Source of the DNA: a virus
Direction: 5' to 3' (one strand)
DNA: 64,000 nt
IMG/VR virus record: IMGVR_UViG_3300035438_001811
Coordinates: 5,633 to 69,632 of that record
The position numbers and the translations under genes are program-made. This document shows, in pieces, positions 9,047-19,649 of this stretch; the stretch's first letter is position 1; each line of letters starts with the position of its first letter. The notes beneath the pieces are model-generated. The model was given only the letters and a program-made list of their open reading frames with translations, was not told the origin of the DNA and did no database searches.

Positions 9047-10116
9047 TAAGCAACCTTAGAAAAATTGTCGTCATAGCCAAGATTTCTCATAATCGCTATG
9101 GTAAGTCCCATAGATCCTTTAGCTGTAGTTCTATTGTTAATCCAGAACAAAGCGTCATTGCCAAAAGAACTGAAGATAGTTGCGAGTTCTTCATCAGTCA
9201 AGCGTCTTGTTTCATATTTTAGAAAACCAGTAGCTAATTTGTTAGCCCATTCAATTTGTGCTGGTGTTCCTTCAGTGATTGATAAAAATTTTAATCTTGG
9301 AAACTTAGCTGCTAATTTATCGCTTTTCATTGCTTTTGCCTTTGTTTTACTTGTCTTGATCCAAGTATATAGATCATTAGCTACCTTGTCAACTACTTTA
9401 TACAAGATTATTTAATCAAGTTCAACCTTTTTCAGTCTCTACGCTTTCAACCGTATTAAGATGTTGGCAACGAGGGCAATACACTTTAGTACCTATAGGC
9501 GTTTTAATGTCAGCGCAAGTCCACCACTTCCTACAACGATTGCAGCAGAAATGATATAGATACTCAAGTGATACTTTCATATTGCTCCTACAAGGTTTTT
9601 TATTTGCACATTTTGATTAGGTACGATTTTATCTAATCTGCGGATAGTTGCAACGTCTCCTACTAATTCTTCTATAATCCATACACCGCCTTTAAGTGCG
9701 GGAGTAACTACAGTATGTAGCCATACAACGCGATCACCTATTTTCATGTAAACCTTATTTGACGGTAATAAATATGAGTAATCAAACTACGGTAAAAATG
9801 TCTGATGAAATTGACTTTTATTTTAGGGAGGAATTAGAAAGGCTTGGCTTTACTATGGATGGTAATGATGAAAATCAATTTTTTGCTTTGTGCCTAAATT
9901 ACTGCATTTATGCCCAAATAAAAGATGATCATGTCTCTTTGTCTTTGAAATATAAAAAGCCCTTAGCTTGGTTTCGGTTGACTAGGTGGGAACAACTCAC
10001 GCCTGCGGTTAAGTCCATGTTAGAAATGGTGATAAATAGTATTTAAACCATAAACACAGCAAAGCGATCGCCTATGACAGCGATCTGATGAGTGAGGGAT
10101 GAAAAGTAATCTCTAC

Positions 10117-11118
10117 TTAAGCTTGCAATACCGCAGGGGCGCAATGCTGAGATTTTCGGGTAGCCTTGCTAATACGTCGTCTCAATCCAGTGCATCCTAG
10201 TAGCTGCTTAGCGTCTTCTTCAAGGTTATAGATATTAGTGTGGACTTGGTACAATTCGCGATCGCCTTTAAAACGCAAATAATGCTTTTCGCCTAAATTA
10301 TGTTCTAGCCAAAATTCAGGAGTTCTTATTGCATCGTTGCTTGGGTAGCAAATTTGTACACACTCAATAGATGGTAAGTCCTTAATTGCCTTAAGGTGCT
10401 TTCTAATCGTTTGAGGTGTCCGATTAACTAAATTAGCTATAGTCTCTTGAGAAACGCCATAAGGCACGAATTGACGGTTAACCAGTAAAAACCTAGTTCC
10501 AAGTACCTTTCTAAAAGCCTTGATGCCTGATGCTTTCTCTACCTTTTCTTTAGGGAGATTGCGATCGCTTAGAATTGACACGTTTTTAAAAATCTTGGAT
10601 GGTTTAACTACCCGTCTGGTTATTTTCTTTCCTTGGTTTAATTCATTCTCCTCCTTGGTTTTGCGTAAAGCTCCTTGCTGTGCATTGCGTTGCTTTTGAG
10701 CAGCAGTGGCTCTAATGTTATGCGTCCGAATATTATCAAGCTCAGTAGCTTTCTCTTCGTGTATAGCGCCTAAATTAGATATACCAAGCTCAGAGCAAAG
10801 CTTAGTTAAAGCAGAATAGACAAGCCTCACACAATTACCTTTAATCTCAAGCATCCAGAAAACACCTAACTTTAGAGCTAAGCGTAAATTCTTTTTAATT
10901 GTGGATTCTTTGCGCTTTAAGGTAGTTGCGATCGTCGGGATGTCTAAAACTACAATGCCAGCACCTTTCCCTTTTTCTCCAGACTTGCCACGCTTTACAA
11001 ATGACTGCCTATCATAAGAGCGCACAAACAAATACAGCAATTTAACCAAGTGAGGTAATTTATCACTTTGGCTAAATGCTGTGTATATTGTCGTGTAGTT
11101 ATGGTAAGATTGTGTCAT
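10117..11118 (-). CDS. Basic HTH-containing protein, possibly replication-related
   Basis: Two HTH-like segments (IPTIATTLKRKESTIKKNL; SQETIANLVNRTPQTIRKHL). Confidence 0.5.
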   Translation of the reverse strand: MTQSYHNYTTIYTAFSQSDKLPHLVKLLYLFVRSYDRQSFVKRGKSGEKGKGAGIVVLDIPTIATTLKRKESTIKKNLRLALKLGVFWMLEIKGNCVRLVYSALTKLCSELGISNLGAIHEEKATELDNIRTHNIRATAAQKQRNAQQGALRKTKEENELNQGKKITRRVVKPSKIFKNVSILSDRNLPKEKVEKASGIKAFRKVLGTRFLLVNRQFVPYGVSQETIANLVNRTPQTIRKHLKAIKDLPSIECVQICYPSNDAIRTPEFWLEHNLGEKHYLRFKGDRELYQVHTNIYNLEEDAKQLLGCTGLRRRISKATRKSQHCAPAVLQA

Positions 11119-11214
11119 TCGACTGCGGTAACAGTTGGATATCCTGCGCTTTTACAAGTAAGTTACTTAATGCCTGAGAACATTAAATAACCAGCAGTGA
11201 AGTTATATTAACAT

Positions 11215-11246
11215 AAAAAAGCCCGATCAAATGATCGGGCTTTTTT
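11215..11246. terminator. Bidirectional intrinsic terminator
   Basis: AAAAAAGCCCGATCA-AA-TGATCGGGCTTTTTT; near-twin at 17732-17761. Confidence 0.85.
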
Positions 11247-11247
11247 A

Positions 11248-11649
11248 TTAAGCAGCTACCAGCTCAGCTTTTATCTGTTGCAATGATTGCTTAAATTCTC
11301 CGTAGGCATACGGCTCAAAGTTTTTGATCGCAGCGCTGACTAGATCTAAATCACCAATTTTAAAAGCTTGCTGCAATTCGTTGTATGCGATCGCCTCATT
11401 GAGATCGCCATGGTTGAATGGGGTTAAATTAAAATCTGGGTAATCAGCTATTAATTGTTCCCATCGGTTTAAGCAATCTTCACAGGTGCGAAATTCTAAA
11501 CTTGAGTTACCCCAAATTCCTTGTACGAATTGATGCACTGTACCTTTGCTAAGTATCGCGTTACATTCACAGCATTCATAATCTTTGCGCCCTTTGACCA
11601 TCCGCATAGTTTTACATCTGCAAGCGCCTGTTAGTGGTTGTTTTCTCAT
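11248..11649 (-). CDS. Cys-rich Zn-binding hypothetical phage protein
   Basis: RKDYECCEC...I.KG...W...RTCEDC. Confidence 0.6.
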   Translation of the reverse strand: MRKQPLTGACRCKTMRMVKGRKDYECCECNAILSKGTVHQFVQGIWGNSSLEFRTCEDCLNRWEQLIADYPDFNLTPFNHGDLNEAIAYNELQQAFKIGDLDLVSAAIKNFEPYAYGEFKQSLQQIKAELVAA

Positions 11650-11719
11650 TGTTTAACTCCTTTGCTTGTATGAGATTTTACCACTCAGGAAAAGATGAAA
11701 ACAATCTGTCGCAAGTATT

Positions 11720-12286
11720 TTATAAAGAAGCTTTTAACTCCTTAAGTTCTTTCCTTAGCCTAGCGTTTTCAGCTTTAAGCCCGTTGCGCTCAGCTTTGCG
11801 ATTGCCATTACGTTCTTGTCTAATTGCAGTCTTAGCGGCTTTCTTGGCTATCAAGTGAAAAGTATTATCCTTGGTTTTCTTGTCTACCATCTTTTTTAAA
11901 TCTGAAGCATCCGCAACGATCGCAACGATTTGAGGTTTCTTGATTTCACGAATATTCAGCGCCGCCCGAACTTTGGTAATGAGTAGATCTGGATGCTTAA
12001 CCTGTGCATTGGTGAATCGCAAAACGATAAAGCCATAGCTCTCTAAATTCTTGGTGCGCTTTGCGTCTTTGGTTTTTTGGTTGCGAGATGAATGGTAACC
12101 GCCATCAATTTCAATTAGTACCTTTGTGCCAGCAATCCTAAGATCGGGATAGTAACCATATAAGCATTGGTTATGAATTACTGAAAAGCCGTGATCTTCC
12201 AGAATCTTCTTAGCTTTAAATTCTGATGAAGTTTTGGGCGGTTCCCATTTAGGATCGTATGATTCCCGTGGTTTAGTTCGTGTCAT
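11720..12286 (-). CDS. DUF559/Vsr-like PD-(D/E)xK endonuclease
   Basis: YYPDL...VLIEIDGGYH...DAKRT..LESYGFIVLRFTN. Confidence 0.85.
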   Translation of the reverse strand: MTRTKPRESYDPKWEPPKTSSEFKAKKILEDHGFSVIHNQCLYGYYPDLRIAGTKVLIEIDGGYHSSRNQKTKDAKRTKNLESYGFIVLRFTNAQVKHPDLLITKVRAALNIREIKKPQIVAIVADASDLKKMVDKKTKDNTFHLIAKKAAKTAIRQERNGNRKAERNGLKAENARLRKELKELKASL

Positions 12287-12393
12287 AATTAAATTGTTGC
12301 CTAGTAATAGTAGGTAGCAGTGCTTAGGGTGATTTGTCGTGATTTCACTTTAAGCACACTAATATTTTATCAGTTTTTAGCCCCTCAAGATTA

Positions 12394-12441
12394 AAAAGTA
12401 AAGCCCCCTCTACTGATTTCGGTAGAGGGGGCTTTACTTTT
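12394..12441. terminator. Long intrinsic terminator hairpin
   Basis: AAAAGTAAAGCCCCCTCTAC / GTAGAGGGGGCTTTACTTTT. Confidence 0.9.
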
Positions 12442-13395
12442 ATGCTTTATTTCATTAATCCGTAAGTACAGATATCCTTTCGAGATAGCCTCTCACAGGA
12501 CAGTAGCGAACTGTCAAAGCTTGATTTATTTTATTATCAATCTATTTTGCATATACTGCAATAATAAAAGTGCAAAACCACATAGAACCACTGCCATGAA
12601 GATGAAACCGCCCAAGCCAAAAGGTAAGCCTAAGCCTAAGCCTTATAAGTAAGCAAAAGAGAGAGCGATCAATGCGATCGCTCTCTCTTTTTTGTTTGTT
12701 GGATGTTTACTTAATCAATCGCGATAGATTGCGGTACGATTTCTACCCCCCATTTACCGCCTACTGGATAAATCCTAGCTCCTTTGTTTTTAGCGAAAGC
12801 TAATTTTAAAGCTTGATCTTGAGTTGGTGCGTTGACAGACTCACGCCATCCGTATACGTCATTAACGGTGTATTCCCAATATTTTGTTTGTGTCATGATT
12901 GCTTACCTGATTGAGTTATACAAATCGATTGCAGCGTGAAAATCATAAAGCACATTAGAGCCGCTTTTGACTTCTAGTAAATCGCCACGATTGCGATCGC
13001 AAACCACAAAATACACATCCTTGGTAATTGGATTGGCGACCATCCATAAACGCTTTGTGCTAGCACTTGCCAGCATTGTCGCTGCTTGAAATTCTTGGAA
13101 ATCTTGTACTGAGATTTGATGTGATGTCATGATTGCTTACTCTCGTAATATTTAATAAATAGGCAATGCGTCTTTAGCTGCTTAGTGGTTAATCTTCGGA
13201 AACATAAAGACGACCGTAGCCATTCTTCCTGTAGTTAGCAGCTACAAAATCAGTAGCAGCTTCGTAGGTTTTGAAAATAGTAACCACTTCGCTTTTATGT
13301 GCGGGGTTGACGTTTGATTCTTGTTCACGGACTGAGTATGTAGCGGTCATTTGTTTAGCTCCTTTGCTTATCTGTATATACATTACTACTCATTA

Positions 13396-13503
13396 AATGA
13401 TTAGTCAATATACCAATGATTAGTATTATCAGTACTTTTAGTCATTTTATATAAGTAAAAGCTAGTCAATAAATGACTAGTAGGTAGTATGATAATGATT
13501 AGT
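13396..13503. promoter_or_regulatory. Divergent promoter region with repeated AATGAYTAGT operator-like sites
   Basis: Copies at 13396, 13415, 13472 and 13494, between ORF 13189-13350 (-) and the XRE gene (+). Confidence 0.65.
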
Positions 13504-13517
13504 TACTCAAGAGGGTT

Positions 13518-13718
13518 ATGAAATTAGATCTTAAAAGTTTACGCAGGAAGCAATCGTTAACTCAAAAACAGCTAGCAGAGCTTTGCAATACTTCGACTCA
13601 GAAGATATCAAGGCTTGAGCAAGATCGGTTTGAGTATTTAGAGCGTGATTTGATTGACGCTCTATGTGCAGTGCTTTACTGCAAGGTTGGTGATTTGATT
13701 AAGGTGGAAAGAATATGA
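13518..13718 (+). CDS. XRE/Cro-C1 HTH transcriptional regulator
   Basis: LRRKQSLTQKQLAELCNTSTQKISRLE. Confidence 0.9.
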   Translation: MKLDLKSLRRKQSLTQKQLAELCNTSTQKISRLEQDRFEYLERDLIDALCAVLYCKVGDLIKVERI

Positions 13719-14242
13719 CGCTAGTTGATTGGGAAATTGAAAAGCTTTGCAGTCGTGGCGTTATTGTGCCTTTTGACAAAGCAATGCTTAACCCACAATC
13801 CCTCGATGTGCGGATAGGCTACACGCTCAAAACTGAAAATAACTGGCTTAAGCGATGGTTGACAGGTCAAGAGTTTACGACTCATGACTTGACCAAATAC
13901 TCAGAATCAAACCCGTTTTGGGTATCGCCACTAAGCTTTATACTGACCTGCACTTATGAGACGTTTAACATGCCGCCTAATTACTCAGCGGAATTTAGGC
14001 TTAAGTCAAGTAGAGGGCGATCAGGATGGGGTCATGTACTTGCTGTTTGGATTGATGGTGGATTTAATAATTCAAAGCTGACTTTGGAGTTGCTTAATCA
14101 TCGTCTTTGGGCTTGGCAACCTATCTATCCACTTATGAGGATCGGACAGATTGTTTTTGCTGAGACGGCTTGTCCTAGGCATGATTACTCAAAGACTGGA
14201 CGGTATAACGGTGATTTAGATACAACGGAGAGTAAAGGATAA
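13715..14242 (+). CDS. dcd: dCTP deaminase / trimeric dUTPase family
   Basis: LNPQSLDVRIG, LKSSRGRSG, WIDGGF, LTLEL, MRIGQIVF, Y...GRY. Confidence 0.9.
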   Translation: MTLVDWEIEKLCSRGVIVPFDKAMLNPQSLDVRIGYTLKTENNWLKRWLTGQEFTTHDLTKYSESNPFWVSPLSFILTCTYETFNMPPNYSAEFRLKSSRGRSGWGHVLAVWIDGGFNNSKLTLELLNHRLWAWQPIYPLMRIGQIVFAETACPRHDYSKTGRYNGDLDTTESKG

Positions 14243-14416
14243 TGACTAAAAACATTAACGATTACAACTCAATTCCGCCTACTGAATACCGCAAATTCCT
14301 AGATGAGATTGCGAGGCAGATTAAATATGCTAATAGTTTGCGTTGTCCAGACAGTGAGCGCCTCCCAATTTTGCGGGGTGCTTTGAAGATTTTGCTAAGT
14401 AATGCTGGTGAAACTA

Positions 14417-14668
14417 ATGAACTTTGAGCAAAAACTAGATGCTGTACTAGATTCAATTCGCAAAATGTTGCTTGATAAAAACCGCAAATATGGCAACTCA
14501 GCACTAAGCCCAATTCGTGTATTTAGCAAAGCTGAACCATTGGAGCAAATCGCGGTAAGGATGGATGACAAGCTTTCTCGCATCAAGAGCGCTCAAGGTG
14601 ACGATCTAGAAGATGCAAAACTTGATTTAATTGGATATTTAATATTAGAGGCGATCGCAAAATTATGA
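14417..14668 (+). CDS. DUF1599-like nucleotide-modification-associated protein
   Basis: KNRKYGNS...IAVRMDDKLSRI...D..LDLIGYLIL. Confidence 0.7.
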   Translation: MNFEQKLDAVLDSIRKMLLDKNRKYGNSALSPIRVFSKAEPLEQIAVRMDDKLSRIKSAQGDDLEDAKLDLIGYLILEAIAKL

Positions 14669-14952
14669 CTAATGAAGAAATTAACCTCGCAGTTGCAGCA
14701 ATCGCGGGATGCACAGATATTGAAATTCCAAATTATGCCGAGAGCTTGGATGCGATTGTCAAGGTGTTTGATCGTTTGGATTTAGATTGGAATATAGGTA
14801 AGGATTGTGATGCTTACAGCCTTGTTAACGAAGGGTACGATCATCGTAATGCATTTGGGGAAACACCCGCACTCGCGCTTTGTAATCTGCTATTAAAAAT
14901 AAACCCCACTCCGATCGCGCCGCCTCAGGTTGCGATTATTGATGATGATTGA
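14665..14952 (+). CDS. Phage ABA-sandwich-like protein
   Basis: EINLAVA...PNYAESLDA...GETPALALC. Confidence 0.55.
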   Translation: MTNEEINLAVAAIAGCTDIEIPNYAESLDAIVKVFDRLDLDWNIGKDCDAYSLVNEGYDHRNAFGETPALALCNLLLKINPTPIAPPQVAIIDDD

Positions 14953-14963
14953 GAGCATGATTA

Positions 14964-15443
14964 ATGCAAGAAATTGAACGAGCCAAACTCATCGGCTTTT
15001 TCGATGCCCATCGCGGCTCTTACTCCCTCCGCTACATCGAAATATGTACTCAAATCAATACGAGCGCATTGCGCTTACTCCTTCAAAGCCAACAGATGAT
15101 CATGGGTAACTGGCTACTTCAAACAGGCGCAACTTTGTATTCCTATTGGAGCGCAAACGTAACCAGAATCGAAGAAGGATTTATTGCTGATGCTTTACTC
15201 AAGTTTGCTGAATCGCCATACCTAGGCGGTCAATCTGGGACAGGGTGCGGACTATGCTCTATGCAATTCTGGTTTGAGACTGCGGACGGCGATCGCGGTG
15301 AGTTTATGCAGATTACTCCACACGCTCAAAAGTTAAGCGATCGCGCCTCTGAATCTCATGCAAGATATAAGCAATATCTTGAAGATTACAAAGGCTTTCT
15401 CGCGGATTCTAAGAGCGATATTAGGAGTTTGCTAAATGGATAA
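14964..15443 (+). pseudogene. csf2: N-terminally truncated type IV Csf2 (Cas7-group RAMP)-like remnant
   Basis: SQQM....LLQTGATL followed by the RAMP glycine loop YLGGQSGTGCG; much shorter than full Csf2. Confidence 0.6.
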
Positions 15444-16266
15444 TATTGGCTTAGCGTATCAAATCGAAAATTTGATTGGTGACAGTTTTAGCAACATTGT
15501 TTATTTTATTAAAGTAGATGAATGGCTTGTGAAAATTGGCAGCGCTTCAAATTTTGCTAATTTTGAGAAGAGGTTTGAAGAGTGTTCAAGATGGGTTGCT
15601 AAACCTGAATTGATAGGGTTTGTTTACTGTGATCGCAAAGCAGAAAAATTGATTCACAACCTTTTAACTTCTTTTCGGGTTCAATCAAAAGGAAGGGAAA
15701 TTTTTACGTTAGAGCATGACGTAAAAAGATATATATCCAAATGGTGTGACAATCAATTTAGCGTAAGTAGCTGGTGTACTTACAATAGTTCTTGGTCTTT
15801 TCAAAAACATCTGGAGTATTTAGATGAATTAATGAAAGATGCTCAAAACGAAAATCAGAAAAACTTTTTGAATGCTACCAAAGAGAATGCAAATAAAAAG
15901 GCATTAGAGCAAATTGGATTGCATGAGTTCCTAGACTTTGTTTTATCTGGCAACACATGGCACATTGTTGAAGAGAATGGCGCTATTAATGGCACGCCCG
16001 AAGTGATCACTTTTGCTCAGAAACTCAAAGATTTGCGAAAAGGCGGCGAATTGACAGAGCTTGGTATTCATTTAACCTGTGGGTATGAGTCAAACTTAAC
16101 TTCATACATTGGAGCCATGCTGACATGGCTTGGCTTAGCTAGAACATCTAAGCAAAAAACCATCAATAAAAAACGGGTGCGAATATATCAACTGCATCAG
16201 CAAGAAGAACAAGAAGAATACGGCAATGAAGACGCTTTTAACTGGGATGTATTAACACCATGCTAA
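15436..16266 (+). CDS. GIY-YIG (T5orf172/MUG113-like) nuclease-domain protein
   Basis: VYFI....VKIG....EKR....EKLIH..L..FR....REIF. Confidence 0.7.
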   Translation: MDNIGLAYQIENLIGDSFSNIVYFIKVDEWLVKIGSASNFANFEKRFEECSRWVAKPELIGFVYCDRKAEKLIHNLLTSFRVQSKGREIFTLEHDVKRYISKWCDNQFSVSSWCTYNSSWSFQKHLEYLDELMKDAQNENQKNFLNATKENANKKALEQIGLHEFLDFVLSGNTWHIVEENGAINGTPEVITFAQKLKDLRKGGELTELGIHLTCGYESNLTSYIGAMLTWLGLARTSKQKTINKKRVRIYQLHQQEEQEEYGNEDAFNWDVLTPC

Positions 16267-16718
16267 CCAATCTCCAAATAATTGCACACATGGCAACGCC
16301 GCTTGTTGCCTATGATGATTGGTCGCCTAGCTTTGATGCTCTGATTGAGTATCAGTTGCTAGATCGATTAGGGTTAATCACGCCTAACCCAACGGCGGCT
16401 GACGCTGAAAAGAATTTACCCTTGATCTTTGGTGAGATGCCGATCGCCCGAAAGATGCTAAATGGTGAATGGTATTGGGCGGTAAGCTCTCCTCATTACA
16501 TTGAAAATCATCAGCAAATTTCGCAATATGTAAAGCGCTGGGATAAGCAAGAATTACACCTTGATTTAAAAGGGAAACGTGGCAAGTTTAGTGGTAGTGA
16601 AGGGCATTTTAAAGCCTATAAATTGCCTAAATACAACCGTGAAATGCAGTCTATACACTTAAATTGTAAAGAAATATTACAAAGTACTAGGCAGTATAGT
16701 ACTAGCCTGTTATATTAG
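16260..16718 (+). pseudogene. csf3: C-terminally truncated type IV Csf3 (Cas5-group)-like remnant
   Basis: LQIIAHMATPL...FDAL...MP.....GEWYWAVSS...KRWD...G.FKAY..P. The C-terminal glycine loop is absent and the ORF runs into a promoter at ~16660. Confidence 0.65.
16688..16716 (+). promoter_or_regulatory. Promoter with TAGTACTA palindrome, homologous to 2272-2300 (-)
   Basis: GCAGTATAGTACTAG and downstream CAAGCAAATGACTACCGCAA are shared with the ~2230-2326 locus. Confidence 0.7.
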
Positions 16719-16745
16719 GTACATACCAAACAAGAGGACAAGCAA

Positions 16746-17048
16746 ATGACTACCGCAACAGCAATCAACCCAAGAACCGCGCTAAAAAACGAAATCTGCT
16801 TTACTTTTCAATCGCAGTTTCAAATCAAGCGCGAAACCTTACCCGCCGTGCTTGAAGCGATTAAAAAAATTTCTAACTCAGCAGATATGTGGATTTGCGC
16901 TGGTAAGTATTTTTCGACCAGCGAAATGAAAAAAGCCGCTTGCGGTTTTGCTCGTCAGTTCAAAGATCTTGAATCCCCCAAAAAAGCTAAAAAGATTGAC
17001 GAAGCAAAGATTGCTTTGGATACTTGGTTTGGCACAGATTTGTATTAA
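16746..17048 (+). CDS. Hypothetical cassette gene
   Basis: Follows the promoter and a GAGG RBS. Confidence 0.6.
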   Translation: MTTATAINPRTALKNEICFTFQSQFQIKRETLPAVLEAIKKISNSADMWICAGKYFSTSEMKKAACGFARQFKDLESPKKAKKIDEAKIALDTWFGTDLY

Positions 17049-17417
17049 TCTAATCTCAATTAATCCCTAATAGGGATTCTCGCTAAATTTATCAAGCTCT
17101 TGCGAGATGAGCGCTACCGAAAAGAAAGTTATGAAATGGGTTGCAAATTTTAACGGGCGTTTTAATGAAGGTGTAAAAGCCGTAGATTTTACTGAGTCAG
17201 AAATTCAATCCGCTATGGATTTTGCACAGGAAAAAGATCTTGAGCCAACTTACCAAGATTGTGAGCATTTTTTAAAATCTATCTCTTGCCACATTATTGA
17301 AAAAGAAATGTCTTTTGAAGCTTTCCTTGCATGGATTTTAAAATATGATGATTTAGATCGAATTGAAGGTTGTTTTTCAAGGTATCAAGCGCGTCATTTT
17401 GATGGCGATTTAATTAA

Positions 17418-17705
17418 ATGCTAAATCAATACGAACATTACACTCGCTTTGGCGCTGAGTTTACTTCTAATGGCTACAAAGCCCCAAGGCGATCGCTAAC
17501 AAGTGGTGAGCGTCATGTACTCGCTATTTACAAATTACTCAAAGATGGTAAATGGCATACAGCCTCAGAGGTGATGCAAGTTACAGGCTCTAAATCTAAG
17601 CAGCATACCCGTAATTTTCTACGATCGCTAATGACTCCTTTAGGGCTTGCCAGTGGACAGCAAGGATACTGCATGGTAAATCAAAACTCGATATTAGTTG
17701 TATAA
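17418..17705 (+). CDS. Winged-HTH hypothetical protein
   Basis: IYKLLKDGKWHTASEV... Confidence 0.5.
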   Translation: MLNQYEHYTRFGAEFTSNGYKAPRRSLTSGERHVLAIYKLLKDGKWHTASEVMQVTGSKSKQHTRNFLRSLMTPLGLASGQQGYCMVNQNSILVV

Positions 17706-18032
17706 TTTGCCTACTTTTTTGTAATAGCCACAAAAAAGCCGATCATTTGATCGGCTTTTTTATTACATATCGATAATTAGGGAGCTAGCCCATATCTCAT
17801 AGGTATAAGTTAGCCATTTAGTTTCTCCTTAAATAATCTCGATTACTATGATTCGGGCGCGGCTCTTGCTGTGATTTGGTTAGAGTTGCCCTCATGCCTT
17901 CATCGATAAACCAATAGATCACCCTTGTTCTTTCGCCTCTACCCTTTGCGTGATCTGGCATAAGCTTAATTAGCTCTGCAAGCTTGCTAGGGGTGATGAC
18001 AATTTTTATCTCTATTGATTTATCATCCATGC

Positions 18033-18563
18033 TTATTCACCAATTAGACGGGCGATCACTTTGTTGGCAACGCGAAGATCGCTTTTAAGTTTGGTCACTT
18101 CTTCAAGTAAACAATCAAATTCTTTTTTAGGATTATGTATCAGCTCTCTAATCTTGAATAACGCATCGTTATAGCTCATATCTTTGTCGCCAAACAAGAC
18201 TTGTATTTTCTGCCAAAACATATCTAACGTTTGATGCTCGGTTGTGTATACATAGTTTTGGCTTTGCTGCAAACGCTCAATCTCTGAGATCGCATCATCA
18301 GGATTGCCAAGCGCCGCCATAACTTGATCTCGAAATGTCATAGCGCCAGTCGCTTTATCCACCAAAGTATTTAGGCGATTATCTTCATGGATTTGCAATG
18401 AGTCTAAAACGTATCGCAACGACTTGATCGCCAGTTCATCTGGCACTGTTGCGACATCTACTCCAGTGTTTTCATAAAGTAAATTCTTTACTTGATCGCG
18501 AAACAAAAAAGCTTGCTGCACATCGTCTTTTACTTTATAAAAACTTGTCTTATTTTCACTCAT
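18033..18563 (-). CDS. Hypothetical coiled-coil protein
   Basis: 176-aa ORF with internal repeat F.DQV...L. Confidence 0.5.
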   Translation of the reverse strand: MSENKTSFYKVKDDVQQAFLFRDQVKNLLYENTGVDVATVPDELAIKSLRYVLDSLQIHEDNRLNTLVDKATGAMTFRDQVMAALGNPDDAISEIERLQQSQNYVYTTEHQTLDMFWQKIQVLFGDKDMSYNDALFKIRELIHNPKKEFDCLLEEVTKLKSDLRVANKVIARLIGE

Positions 18564-18664
18564 AAAACTTAAGTCCGTAGTTAGTCCGTGTTCAGTCCGT
18601 ACTCAATATTATAGCCATTTATTGATGCGATTCTAGGGGATAAAGTATCTAGGATTAAATCATC

Positions 18665-19444
18665 ATGGGTGAGAAACTCACGACATTTGAGACGGGTAAC
18701 GGCGCTAAGGTTGAGATCGTGCCTTTAGGTAAAGGCGATACCGATTACCCTAAGCGCATTACGATTACCGTTACCACGGCTGCTATTAAGAATGCCACTT
18801 CTGTCGCAGTATCTTATAGCGTTGCAACTTCTGGACAAACAATTAAAATCCCTGCTGGAACTTGCCTACCATTTACCGATCCTCTGACTGGAAACGTAGT
18901 TAGCGCAACGGTTACAACTGCTGTTAGTACGGCGCTTTCAACAGGAAGCGGTCCATATACAGCGACTGGCTCGATTTCATTAGATGCGAATCATCTAGCA
19001 ATCCCAATCAACAGCACTAGCTCTAACTTTATTCCCCTTGGAGCAAGAAGCACTGCTACTGGTACAGTAACGCTTTCTGATGAGCAGTTACGTACCTTTG
19101 ATAGTACCCTGTTCGATCAAGGTCAAATCGTTAGCGGCGCGGGTGAATTTAGCTGCGATGGGGCTTTTAGTTCTATCGATGCTGGACTAACTACTGTTGC
19201 GAACTTAACGATCGGCGCTACTGCGATCGATGGAACAACTGTAATATCGACTCCAGGGAGTTACATGTGGGTCGTTGTCACTACTCCTCCCCCTGCTACT
19301 GGCTACACTTCAGGACTGGTTCGCCGTGGTATCTGCTATTGCACAGACCAGACTATTGACGTACAGGCTGGCGCAATTTCCAAGCAAAGCCTACCTTTCA
19401 AGGTTAATGGCACTGTATACACAGATCCCGCTGTTGTCACCTAA
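18665..19444 (+). CDS. Major tail tube protein (putative)
   Basis: Thr/Ser/Gly-rich; C-terminal S.PFKVNG; lies upstream of chaperone and tape measure genes. Confidence 0.7.
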   Translation: MGEKLTTFETGNGAKVEIVPLGKGDTDYPKRITITVTTAAIKNATSVAVSYSVATSGQTIKIPAGTCLPFTDPLTGNVVSATVTTAVSTALSTGSGPYTATGSISLDANHLAIPINSTSSNFIPLGARSTATGTVTLSDEQLRTFDSTLFDQGQIVSGAGEFSCDGAFSSIDAGLTTVANLTIGATAIDGTTVISTPGSYMWVVVTTPPPATGYTSGLVRRGICYCTDQTIDVQAGAISKQSLPFKVNGTVYTDPAVVT

Positions 19445-19649
19445 TGCATGAATATCTAATCTCTCCTAAAGCCTACGCAATAAGCTGCACCATAAACGGC
19501 AAGCAGCTTATTGCCGAAATGCTTTATCTGAAAGAAGAGTTTATGCAAGATACGAGAGTGGATCTATACAGTGGCGATCGCGTTTTGGTTGCCACTGTAT
19601 TAATCCCTAAAATAGACATTAATACACATCAAAATATCACTTTGCAAAT

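Noticed and set aside
10062-10110. Hammerhead ribozyme (CTGATGA...GAAA)
   Set aside because: No UH cleavage site or stem III, and stem II is weak; better explained as a HIP1 hairpin.
17809-17820. Self-targeting by spacer 1 (GTTAGCCATTTA match); also an 11-nt match of spacer 6 near 26492
   Set aside because: Matches of 11-12 nt are expected by chance. No longer match was seen by eye, though the search was not exhaustive.
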